Below are positions 45,245 through 53,361 of a stretch of 64,000 nt of DNA, piece after piece (the first letter of the stretch is position 1; each line of letters opens with the position of its first letter). Below the pieces are notes generated by a model. The model saw only the letters and a list, made by a program, of their open reading frames with translations. It was not told where the DNA came from and searched no databases. The stretch comes from Candidatus Omnitrophota bacterium (GTDB taxonomy: Bacteria > Omnitrophota > Gorgyraeia > Duberdicusellales > 4484-171). Location of the stretch: positions 23,436-87,435 of the forward strand of contig JBDRDJ010000020.1 in assembly GCA_043820815.1 (NCBI GenBank). Reading direction: 5' to 3'. The translations under genes were made by a program, and so were the position numbers.

Positions 45245-46308
45245 TCACCAATATAACCGGCGAAATTTTCGCAAGCTCCGTAAGGAGAAAGTGTTGCTTT
45301 TAAACTTTTTAAATCTTCTTTGATGCTTAAATATTTAACCCGGTTATTCAGGATAGATAAAGTTTCTGCGGCAATAATTTCAGGGCTGGCATTGCCCTGA
45401 AGGAGTTCTTTTATAATCATTTTTGAGCTTAGAATGTTAACCATGCCCACGTAATCGGTTTTAACCATTTTCCTTAATAATGCCCATGTCAGGGAATTCA
45501 CCTTATATATAATCAGAAAAGGAATTCCCATAATGGCTATTTCAACCGTTGCCGTACCCGAAGAAGTTATTATAAAAGAAGCTTTTTTAATAACTTCATA
45601 AGAATGCTTTTCTATTTTTAAGCCAGGTTTAAATTGATCATAAAAACCGGTATCTATATCATGAGGCCTTACGATTGTAAAGTTGTAGTTTTTAAGCTTA
45701 GAGCTTAAAATATTTTTAGCTTTAAGCATAATCGGCAGATTATGTTTTATTTCGTTTTTGCGTGAACCGGGCATCAAAAGGATCGATTTTTCAGAAGTCG
45801 TTTCATCTTGCGGTATTATCTCAAGCAGAGGGTGCCCGAAATATAAAGCATCAATGCCCTCTTTTTTGTAGAATTCCTGTTCAAATTTAAAAATAACTAT
45901 CATTTTGCCGATATATTCTTTGATAAGGTTTATGCGTTTTTTGCGCCATGCCCAAACTTGAGGGCTTACATAGTAAAATATGGGGTATTTCTTTTTAAGT
46001 TTCTTTGCAAGCCTTAAGTTAAAATCAGGAAAATCAATAAGAATAATTAAATCCGGGCATAGCCTGTTTATTGAAGTAAAAGTTTTATCGAACACCTCAA
46101 GGAGGGTTTTCATTGAGGAAATTACTTCAATGAGGCCGCAGACAGAGTAAGATGTTAAGTCTATTATTTGGTTACAGTTGCGGGCAAGGTTTCTGCCGCC
46201 GAATGAAAATAGTTTTATGCCAGGGAATTTAAGTTTGAGTTTTTCAGCAAGAAGGCCGCCATAGATATCGCCGGATCTGTCTCCGGCTACAAAAACTATT
46301 TTCTTCAT
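45229..46308 (-). CDS. lpxB: lipid-A-disaccharide synthase
   Basis: The IFVAGDRSGDIYG N-terminus and the GT19 family pattern. ATG 46308 lies immediately after the upstream stop. Its 3' end overlaps mnmG convergently by 16 nt. Confidence 0.9.
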   Translation of the reverse strand: MKKIVFVAGDRSGDIYGGLLAEKLKLKFPGIKLFSFGGRNLARNCNQIIDLTSYSVCGLIEVISSMKTLLEVFDKTFTSINRLCPDLIILIDFPDFNLRLAKKLKKKYPIFYYVSPQVWAWRKKRINLIKEYIGKMIVIFKFEQEFYKKEGIDALYFGHPLLEIIPQDETTSEKSILLMPGSRKNEIKHNLPIMLKAKNILSSKLKNYNFTIVRPHDIDTGFYDQFKPGLKIEKHSYEVIKKASFIITSSGTATVEIAIMGIPFLIIYKVNSLTWALLRKMVKTDYVGMVNILSSKMIIKELLQGNASPEIIAAETLSILNNRVKYLSIKEDLKSLKATLSPYGACENFAGYIGDYLEI

Positions 46309-46314
46309 CAGCAA

Positions 46315-47214
46315 TTACGGCTTTGCAATGATATTCTGAATTTTTAAAGCCAGGCCAAGGGCGTTTTTCGCACTCTTAGCATATTCTAAGGTGAATTTTT
46401 TAGACCTTACCAGGTTTATGAATTCAGAAATCTCTTTTTTCAGGGGTTCTTCTTTTTGGATATGGAGAGCCTTTTTATTGATCCCGTTTTTTGTTTTCTC
46501 GTAAATTTCAACTTCCTGCTCTGCGTAATCTAATGAAACATAGCATCGGGGCATAAATATTCTTATTTTTCTTTCTTTTTTAGCTGAAATTCGCGAAGCT
46601 GTAATATTAGCCACACAACCTTTGGAGAAAGTAATGCGCACATTAGCTATGTCTACGGATTTAGATAATACTTTTACTCCTTTTGCTTCAACCTTTTTCG
46701 GGGTGTCTTTAACAAGGTCTAAGATAATGTCAAGGTCATGTATCATGAGGTCAAGGACAACGCTTACGTCCAGAGACCTGTAAGGATAACAGCTTAAGCG
46801 GTGGCATTCTATAAAGAGAGGGGTTTTAAGAATTTTTTTAACTGCCAGGTAAGCGTTATTGTGGCGTTCGACATGGCCTACAACAAGTAAAGTTTTATTC
46901 TTATCGGCGAAATCAACTATTTTTCTTGCTTCTTGGTAATTAGACGCAAGGGGTTTTTCAACCAGAACAGGAATTTTATTTTTTATGAAAAAACGGGCTA
47001 TTTCATAGTGGGTCGAAGTGGGGGTGGCGATGCTGACTAAGTCGATGCGGCCAATGAGTTTGTGGTAATCTAAGAAGCCAGGCAGGTTTTTATTTTGAAG
47101 AAGTTTAGACTCGTCGCAATCGGCAAGAGATATATTACGTATCTGGCTGTGTTCCTTGTAGATGCGTAAGTGTATACTGCCGAGTTTTCCTATGCCGACT
47201 ATTCCTACATTCAT
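46315..47214 (-). CDS. Gfo/Idh/MocA family NAD-dependent oxidoreductase (candidate UDP-GlcNAc 3-dehydrogenase, GnnA-like)
   Basis: VGIVGIGKLGSIH Rossmann motif and EKPLA motif. It abuts lpxB. I chose ATG 47214, because the track start at 47256 extends into repeat-rich sequence. Confidence 0.8.
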   Translation of the reverse strand: MNVGIVGIGKLGSIHLRIYKEHSQIRNISLADCDESKLLQNKNLPGFLDYHKLIGRIDLVSIATPTSTHYEIARFFIKNKIPVLVEKPLASNYQEARKIVDFADKNKTLLVVGHVERHNNAYLAVKKILKTPLFIECHRLSCYPYRSLDVSVVLDLMIHDLDIILDLVKDTPKKVEAKGVKVLSKSVDIANVRITFSKGCVANITASRISAKKERKIRIFMPRCYVSLDYAEQEVEIYEKTKNGINKKALHIQKEEPLKKEISEFINLVRSKKFTLEYAKSAKNALGLALKIQNIIAKP

Positions 47215-47276
47215 ATAATCGCGAATCTCCCTAATACAAATCGCCGCAAATCGCACACGAATTTACAAGAATTATA

Positions 47277-47356
47277 TAAACGCAGATTAACACAAATTCA
47301 CGTAGAGAATTCTTATCTGCGATGATATGCGTTGGATATGCGATCATCTGCGTTTA
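47277..47356. repeat. 11-bp inverted repeat TAAACGCAGAT / ATCTGCGTTTA flanking a 58-nt segment rich in ATCTGCG/GATATGCG words
   Basis: Arms at 47277-47287 and 47346-47356, with an extra ATCTGCG at 47315-47321 and an internal GTAGAGA at 47302-47308. Confidence 0.6.
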
Positions 47357-47466
47357 GAGCGTATTGTATCAAATAGCTTGTGGAAAGTCAATCAATGTGG
47401 TAAAATCGAATCCGTTTACGCCAGGGTTTAAGCTTGATTCTGTCGGTTTATGATAACATTTAAAAA

Positions 47467-49284
47467 ATGAAGACATTTTTAAAGGAATATTTAAGAATCC
47501 TTAAATTTGCCAAGGGTTTCCGGGGAATAATCGCTCTTTCGGTTATCTTCATGGCATTGTGCAATATCTTTGAAGGCATCAGCTTAGGCACTATTATTCC
47601 TTTGCTCGATAAGGTTTTTACTAACAATAAAATTGTTATTTCAGCAAATGTTCCTTCCTTTGTTCAGTCATTCATTGATTGGGTTAACTTTACGGATTCA
47701 AATGTACTGCTTAATTATTTTCTTATTTTTCTGCCGTTTGTTTTTATAGCAAAGGGCATAACTAATTTTGCACAAGATTATCTCATGAACATTGTGGGCC
47801 AGGGTATAGCGCGGGATGTAAGGAATAAGCTTTATTTTAAATTTCAAGAGTTGTCACTTGATTTCTACGGCAGGCAGAGAACAGGAGAACTAATGTCGAG
47901 AATCACCAACGATGTGACTTTTATCGCAAATGCCTTCGGGGCGGCGCTTAAAGATATGGCTTTTGAGTCAATGAAGGTGGTTATTTTTGCTATGGCATCG
48001 TTTTGGATAGGCTTTATGATTTCCTGGAAACTGCCGTTTATAGCCTTTTTCGTTTTGCCTATCATAATTATTCCCGTAGTTAAACTAGGAAAACGCATTA
48101 AGAAATTTACAATTGCCACTCAGAATAAAATGGCTGACCTAAACTCTTTAATGTCGGAAACCATCCAGGGCGCCTATATTGTAAAAGCTTTTAGCCGGCA
48201 GGGCTATGAGTTTCAAAGATTTAAGAATTTAAGCCAGGAGTATTTCAAGTTTATTTTAAAAACAAAGAAGAGGACGCTTGCTCTTTCACCGCTTACCGAA
48301 ATTATCGGAGTGGTAGGGGTAGTCTTTGCAATCCGTTTTATTGCCGATGAAATTGTAGCCGGTCGGGTATCTTTCGGTATATTTGCAGGGTTCTTAGCAT
48401 TTCTTTTATCAACCATACGCCCTTTAAAAAAATTGTCCAATGTCCACGCAATAAACCAACAGGCTATGGCGGCTTCCTTGAGGATTCATGATATTTTGGA
48501 CCAGGAAGTAAAAGTTAAGGATAAGTCTGGCACCTTCGATTTAACAGAGTTTAAAGACAGTGTTGAGTTTAAAGACGTATGGTTTAGCTATGGCGATGAT
48601 GATCAATATGCGCTCAAAGATATAAATCTAAAAGTAAAGAAAGGGCATGCAATGGCTTTGGTCGGGCCTTCAGGGGCCGGCAAATCTACTCTTATCAGCC
48701 TTTTAATGCGCTTTTATGACCCTCAAAAGGGGTCAATTACGGTTGACGGATTAGATTTGCGGGACATAAAAGTAGAATCTTTACGTTGTTTGGTTTCTGT
48801 GGTTTCTCAGGACATGGTCCTGTTTAATACGAGCATAAGAGAGAATATCGCTTACGGTAAGGCCGGAGCCACCGAAGAAGAGATTTTAGAAGCTTCTAAA
48901 AAGGCTCATGCATATGAATTTATCGAGTCTATGCCGGTAGGCTTTTCTACGATAATAGGAGATAGGGGTTTTAGGCTTTCCGGGGGCCAGAAGCAGAGAA
49001 TAGCAATAGCCAGAGCCATATTAAAAGATGCCCCTATTTTGATACTCGATGAGGCGACAAGCCAGCTGGATTCGACTTCAGAACAGTTGATTCAGCAGGC
49101 AATAGAGACTCTTATGTCAAAAAAGACGTCATTTATAATAGCCCATAGGCTTTCTACAGTGCAGCGCTCTAACAGTATAGCGGTTATTGATAAAGGAAGG
49201 ATAGTCGAGCAAGGGACCCATTCATCACTGCTTACAAAAGCTACCACATATAAAAAGCTTTATGAACTGCAATTTAGCGTTTAA
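47467..49284 (+). CDS. msbA: ABC transporter, lipid A/lipid export type (MsbA-like)
   Basis: 6-TM ABC exporter domain plus NBD (GPSGAGKST, LSGGQKQRIAIARA, ILILDEATS). It is divergent from the lpxB operon. Confidence 0.8.
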   Translation: MKTFLKEYLRILKFAKGFRGIIALSVIFMALCNIFEGISLGTIIPLLDKVFTNNKIVISANVPSFVQSFIDWVNFTDSNVLLNYFLIFLPFVFIAKGITNFAQDYLMNIVGQGIARDVRNKLYFKFQELSLDFYGRQRTGELMSRITNDVTFIANAFGAALKDMAFESMKVVIFAMASFWIGFMISWKLPFIAFFVLPIIIIPVVKLGKRIKKFTIATQNKMADLNSLMSETIQGAYIVKAFSRQGYEFQRFKNLSQEYFKFILKTKKRTLALSPLTEIIGVVGVVFAIRFIADEIVAGRVSFGIFAGFLAFLLSTIRPLKKLSNVHAINQQAMAASLRIHDILDQEVKVKDKSGTFDLTEFKDSVEFKDVWFSYGDDDQYALKDINLKVKKGHAMALVGPSGAGKSTLISLLMRFYDPQKGSITVDGLDLRDIKVESLRCLVSVVSQDMVLFNTSIRENIAYGKAGATEEEILEASKKAHAYEFIESMPVGFSTIIGDRGFRLSGGQKQRIAIARAILKDAPILILDEATSQLDSTSEQLIQQAIETLMSKKTSFIIAHRLSTVQRSNSIAVIDKGRIVEQGTHSSLLTKATTYKKLYELQFSV

Positions 49285-49325
49285 AGGCCCATAGGAAGCG
49301 CCAAAACCCTTATTTATATAAAATA

Positions 49326-49353
49326 TTGAAATTGTATTAAAATATGGTATACT
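49326..49353 (+). promoter_or_regulatory. candidate rpsB-tsf promoter (TTGAAA-16-TGgTATACT)
   Basis: -35 at 49326-49331 and -10 at 49348-49353 with an upstream TG. A ~105-nt leader follows, containing the 12-bp palindrome GTATAATTATAC (49387-49398). Confidence 0.45.
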
Positions 49354-49459
49354 TGTGAAACGTATAAAGGTGTTGCATCTTAAGGGGTATAATTATACGC
49401 AGCGATTTGAATAGGGCTTTAAAGAGATTTACCTGTAAAGAGAAGGAGGCTTAAGCAAT

Positions 49460-50299
49460 ATGGCATTACCCGATATTATTAAAGAGTTATTGGAGAACGG
49501 TGTTCACTTCGGCCATTTGAGTAAACACTGGAATCCAAGAATGAAGAGATTTATATTCGGAAAAAAGAAAAATGTTTATATTATAGACCTTGAGAAAACT
49601 GCGCAGATGCTGCAGGAAGCTAAGGATTTCGCCTCTCAGGTAGCGCGCCGGGGAGGCAAGGTTCTTTTTGTCGGCACTAAAAAGCAGGTTCGCGATACCA
49701 TAAAAGATCTTGCGGTATCTTGCGATATGCCTTATGTTGTTGAAAGGTGGATCGGAGGATTTCTTACTAATTTCTCGACAGTTAAAGGCAGAATGAAATA
49801 CTACACCGGTTTGCTGGAGCGTAGAAGCAGCGGTGGCCTTGAGAAATTATCCAACAAGGAAATCGTAATGATTAACAGAGAGATCAGCCGTATGGCAAAG
49901 AATTACTCCGGGGTAATTTCGCTTAATGATTTACCCGAGTGTATTTATGTTATTGACCCCAAGAAAGAAAGTGCCTGTATCAGAGAGGCAAATAAAATTT
50001 CAATACCGGTAATCGCTCTTATTGATACTGATGCCGATCCGGATGTTATTACACACCCTGTGCCGGGCAATGACGATGCAATTAAATCAGTCCGTTATAT
50101 TACATCCTGCATAGTAGATGCCATTAAAGAGGGCAAAACTAGCGCAGAAAATTTATCTGAAGATTCTAAAGAACAGATTAAAGTTAATTCAGAAGGCGCT
50201 CAGGTGCAGGCTGCCGAAAGTGCCGAAGTTGATAATGAGCTTTCGGGTGACAGCGATGGCCGCGGGCAAACCGGGCGTAAATCTAAGAAGGAAGCATAA
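49460..50299 (+). CDS. rpsB: 30S ribosomal protein S2 (with acidic/basic C-terminal extension)
   Basis: LLENGVHFGH and full S2 similarity, with an extra ~45-aa tail. Confidence 0.95.
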   Translation: MALPDIIKELLENGVHFGHLSKHWNPRMKRFIFGKKKNVYIIDLEKTAQMLQEAKDFASQVARRGGKVLFVGTKKQVRDTIKDLAVSCDMPYVVERWIGGFLTNFSTVKGRMKYYTGLLERRSSGGLEKLSNKEIVMINREISRMAKNYSGVISLNDLPECIYVIDPKKESACIREANKISIPVIALIDTDADPDVITHPVPGNDDAIKSVRYITSCIVDAIKEGKTSAENLSEDSKEQIKVNSEGAQVQAAESAEVDNELSGDSDGRGQTGRKSKKEA

Positions 50300-50345
50300 G
50301 CCGAATAGCAAAGCTATCATAATCATAAAAAGGGGGAAATAAAGC

Positions 50346-50864
50346 ATGAGCATGGCGAATATTAAGAAATTACGTGAATTAACCTCTCTGGGTATTAACG
50401 ATTGTAAAGAGGCTCTTGTAAAAGCAAAGGGGGATTTTGATAAAGCCTTGGAGATCCTTAGAAAGAAGGGTATCGAGATCATTAAGAAAAAGAGCGGCCG
50501 CAACACATCCCAGGGCATTATCGACGCTTACATTCATTTTGGAGGAAACCTGGGATCTTTAGTTGAAGTTAACTGCGAGACTGATTTTGTCGCCCGCACG
50601 GAAGTTTTTAAGAAATTTGTTAATGATTTAGCTATGCAGATAGCTGCTGCTGATCCAAAGTATATAAACCGTGAAGAAATACCCGAAGAAGAGATTGGCA
50701 AGATTTCTAACTTAGACGAATTTGCAAGACAGAATTGCCTTCTTGAGCAGTTTTTTGTTAAAGATAATAAAATGACCATAAAAGATTATATGCAGGAGGT
50801 TTTATCTCAAACGGGAGAAAATATAGTTATAAAAAGATTTTCCAGATTTTCGCTGGGAATATGA
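50346..50864 (+). CDS. tsf: elongation factor Ts (short form, 172 aa)
   Basis: UBA-like N-terminus [19 protein letters not shown] and core [13 protein letters not shown]. It lacks part of the coiled-coil/subdomain C region. Confidence 0.88.
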   Translation: MSMANIKKLRELTSLGINDCKEALVKAKGDFDKALEILRKKGIEIIKKKSGRNTSQGIIDAYIHFGGNLGSLVEVNCETDFVARTEVFKKFVNDLAMQIAAADPKYINREEIPEEEIGKISNLDEFARQNCLLEQFFVKDNKMTIKDYMQEVLSQTGENIVIKRFSRFSLGI

Positions 50865-50865
50865 A

Positions 50866-51579
50866 ATGAAGGCTAAATATAAGAGAGTTCTTTTAAAGTT
50901 GAGCGGTGAAGCGTTTATTGGCAGGCAGGCTCACGGAATTGATACTTCTGTTTGCGCGCATTTGGCGTGCCAGATTAAAGAGGTTAGAGGCTGCGGTGTG
51001 CAGATTGCTCTTGTTGTGGGGGGAGGAAATATCTTTAGAGGTGCTTATCGCTCAAAAGAATTCCAGATGCAGCGCACTGTAGCTGATTACATGGGTATGC
51101 TGGCGACAGTTCTAAACGGCCTTGCCTTGCAGAATGCACTGGAGAATGAAGGCGTCCCATGCCGTGTTATGACCGCAATAGAAATGCAAAGAATAGCCGA
51201 GCCTTATATAAGAAGAAGGGCAATACGCCATTTAGAAAAAGGCAGAGCAATAATTTTCGTTGCCGGTACCGGTAACCCTTATTTTACAACTGATACAGCT
51301 GCTGCATTAAGAGGCATTGAAATAGATTCTGATGTTCTGCTAAAGGGGACCAAGGTGGACGGCGTCTACTCTTCGGATCCCATAAAGAACCCAAAAGCAA
51401 AGCTTTTTAAGAAAATGTCCTATATGGATGTTATAAAGAAGGGCCTTAAGATAATGGATTCTACAGCAGTAAGCCTTTGTATGGAAAATAAACTTCCCAT
51501 AATCGTATTTAACTTTATGAAAAAAGATAATTTGCTTAAAGTCATTTGCGAAAAAACAACTTGTACCTGTATTTCTTGA
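50866..51579 (+). CDS. pyrH: UMP kinase
   Basis: [13 protein letters not shown] and [10 protein letters not shown] motifs. Confidence 0.95.
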   Translation: MKAKYKRVLLKLSGEAFIGRQAHGIDTSVCAHLACQIKEVRGCGVQIALVVGGGNIFRGAYRSKEFQMQRTVADYMGMLATVLNGLALQNALENEGVPCRVMTAIEMQRIAEPYIRRRAIRHLEKGRAIIFVAGTGNPYFTTDTAAALRGIEIDSDVLLKGTKVDGVYSSDPIKNPKAKLFKKMSYMDVIKKGLKIMDSTAVSLCMENKLPIIVFNFMKKDNLLKVICEKTTCTCIS

Positions 51580-51593
51580 TAAAAGGAGGTTGT

Positions 51594-52154
51594 ATGTTAG
51601 CAAAACAAGTCTTGCAAGAAATAGAGGACCAGATGAAAAAAGCCGTTGAGGCAACAAAGAGAGAGTTCTCCGAGTTGCGTTCAGGCAGAGCGAATCCCAA
51701 GATGGTAGAAGGTATAAGAGTGAATTATTACGGGACGCCCACTCTTCTTAAGGAAATCGCAACAATAGGCGTTCCTGAGGCAAGGCTTGTTGTTATTAAC
51801 CCATACGACCCTAATTCACTTAAAGATATTGAGAAGGCTATTTTACAATCAAATCTCGGCATAACACCCGCTGCCGACGGTAAAATAATCAGGTTAGTTG
51901 TTCCGCCTCTTTCTCAGGAAAGAAGAGATGAGCTTATAAAAATAATTAAGAAAGTTTCCGAAGAGGGTAAGGTTTCCATAAGGACAGTCAGGCGTAACGG
52001 AAAAGAAGATATCAAGAACCTTGAAAAAGATAAAAAGATTCCAGAAGATGAAAGGTTTAAGGCTGAGGATGATCTTCAGACCCTGACCGAAAAGTATATT
52101 GGTGAAGTTGACAGAATTCTCGCTGATAAAGAGAAAGAGCTTAAGGAATTCTGA
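51594..52154 (+). CDS. frr: ribosome recycling factor
   Basis: Full-length RRF similarity. ATG 51594 follows AAGGAGG at 51583-51589. The track start at 51546 overlaps pyrH. Confidence 0.95.
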   Translation: MLAKQVLQEIEDQMKKAVEATKREFSELRSGRANPKMVEGIRVNYYGTPTLLKEIATIGVPEARLVVINPYDPNSLKDIEKAILQSNLGITPAADGKIIRLVVPPLSQERRDELIKIIKKVSEEGKVSIRTVRRNGKEDIKNLEKDKKIPEDERFKAEDDLQTLTEKYIGEVDRILADKEKELKEF

Positions 52155-52159
52155 TAAAA

Positions 52160-52232
52160 GAGCCGCTAGCTCATCTGGTAGAGCACCGGCCTTTTAAGCC
52201 GGGTGTGCCGAGTTCGAGCCTCGGGCGGCTCA
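52160..52232 (+). tRNA. tRNA-Lys (anticodon UUU)
   Basis: Hand-folded cloverleaf: acceptor GAGCCGC/GCGGCTC, D arm GCTC..GAGC, anticodon stem CCGGC/GCCGG with loop CTTTTAA, and T arm CCGAG-TTCGAGC-CTCGG. No encoded CCA. Confidence 0.9.
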
Positions 52233-52238
52233 TATTTA

Positions 52239-52319
52239 GCCGCGGTGGCGGAATTGGCAGACGCGCATGGCTTAGGACCATGTCCTAAACGGGTGGGAGT
52301 TCAACTCTCCCCCGCGGCA
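52239..52319 (+). tRNA. tRNA-Leu (anticodon UAG)
   Basis: Acceptor GCCGCGG/CCGCGGC, anticodon stem CATGG/CCATG with loop CTTAGGA, a long variable arm, and T arm GGGAG-TTCAACT-CTCCC. No encoded CCA. Confidence 0.88.
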
Positions 52320-52320
52320 G

Positions 52321-52390
52321 AATAGCAAATGGCAAATGACTAACGGTAAATAGTATTCAACCGTTTTCATTTTTGATATTTGATTTGATT
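52321..52390. repeat. heptamer-phased spacer between tRNA-Leu and tRNA-Gly
   Basis: AATAGCA AATGGCA AATGACT AACGGTA AATAGTA (52321-52355), then an inverted NAAAAAT mini-array (52366-52390; reverse complement ..CAAATAT CAAAAAT..). Confidence 0.65.
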
Positions 52391-52392
52391 GT

Positions 52393-52466
52393 GCGGGGGT
52401 AGCTCAATTGGCTAGAGCGTCACGTTGCCAACGTGAAGGTTGAGGGTTCAATCCCCTTTCCCCGCT
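52393..52466 (+). tRNA. tRNA-Gly (anticodon GCC)
   Basis: Acceptor GCGGGGG/TCCCCGC (one G-U pair), anticodon stem TCACG/CGTGA with loop TTGCCAA, and T arm GAGGG-TTCAATC-CCCTT. No encoded CCA. Confidence 0.88.
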
Positions 52467-52546
52467 TTGATTGAAAACCTAACGTGTGAAGAGGAGTCTT
52501 TGACCTATTAACTATGTTTTCAAATTATTTTAAAAATGATTAATAA

Positions 52547-53020
52547 ATGGATATAAATTTAATAGATCACTTAGACGCCAACAGTATAGTTCTGAATTTA
52601 AAGGCAAAAAGCAAGAAAAATATCATTTCTGTGATTTTGGACCATTTAATATCCGCTAAAAAGATAAAAAGTGAAAACAAAAAAGATATTTTGAAAGTTC
52701 TTATGCAAAGAGAAGAAATGGGTTCAACCGCAATAGGGGGCAGTATTGCCTTGCCTCATGCGCGGCTTGGATATATGAAAAAGCTGGTTATCTGTTTTGC
52801 TATTTCTCACGATGGCGTAGATTTTGACGCATTGGACCAAGATAAAGTTTGTGTGGTAGTTCTTTTGCTGTCCAACAACAGAGAGGCCGGTTTACACCTT
52901 AAGATGCTTGCCTTTTTGGCTCGAATGCTCCGAGACCGTTATTTTGTCCAACAATTAAAGAATGCCAAGAGCGTAGAAGAAGCTCTTATTTTCATACAAA
53001 AAAAACATTTAGTTCAGTAA
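52547..53020 (+). CDS. ptsN: PTS IIA-Ntr type regulatory protein
   Basis: The PTS EIIA type-2 fold signature with the IALPHAR phospho-His motif. Confidence 0.85.
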   Translation: MDINLIDHLDANSIVLNLKAKSKKNIISVILDHLISAKKIKSENKKDILKVLMQREEMGSTAIGGSIALPHARLGYMKKLVICFAISHDGVDFDALDQDKVCVVVLLLSNNREAGLHLKMLAFLARMLRDRYFVQQLKNAKSVEEALIFIQKKHLVQ

Positions 53021-53088
53021 TATCACTTTTTTATCGTTTATAAGCCTTTAGATAAAGATACCTTAAAGCGAAACAATAAAGTAATTTC

Positions 53089-53361
53089 ATGATTATGTCA
53101 AAAGTAGAAGAAGAAATTATTGTTAAGAATTCCCATGGGCTTCACGTAAGGCCGGTTTCAATCTTTGTCCAGATCGCTAACAAATATGATTCAGCGATTA
53201 GATTGGAAAAAGACGGCGAGATAGCTGACGGAAAATCAATTATGGCGATTTTAAGTTTAGGAATTAACAGGGGTGCTCAGGTTAAGCTTGTAGTCGAGGG
53301 CACTGATGCCCAAGATGCCCACCGTGAGCTTAAAGATTTTCTGGTGAGTGAACATGATTAA
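53089..53361 (+). CDS. ptsH: phosphocarrier protein HPr/NPr
   Basis: NSHGLHVRP active-site His motif, 90 aa. Confidence 0.88.
   Translation: MIMSKVEEEIIVKNSHGLHVRPVSIFVQIANKYDSAIRLEKDGEIADGKSIMAILSLGINRGAQVKLVVEGTDAQDAHRELKDFLVSEHD

Noticed and set aside
50118-50342. 74-aa + strand ORF overlapping the rpsB 3' end, and other short overlapping ORFs such as 33133-33318 and 24915-25223.
   Set aside because: They are alternative-frame readings of highly basic or low-complexity regions of real genes (the rpsB tail, secA C-terminus, and rpsT antisense), with no independent support.
50346-50864. Short EF-Ts (172 aa) as a possible pseudogene.
   Set aside because: The ORF is intact, the N-terminal UBA-like and core motifs are conserved, and it sits in the canonical rpsB-tsf-pyrH-frr context. 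It is most likely a naturally compact form.
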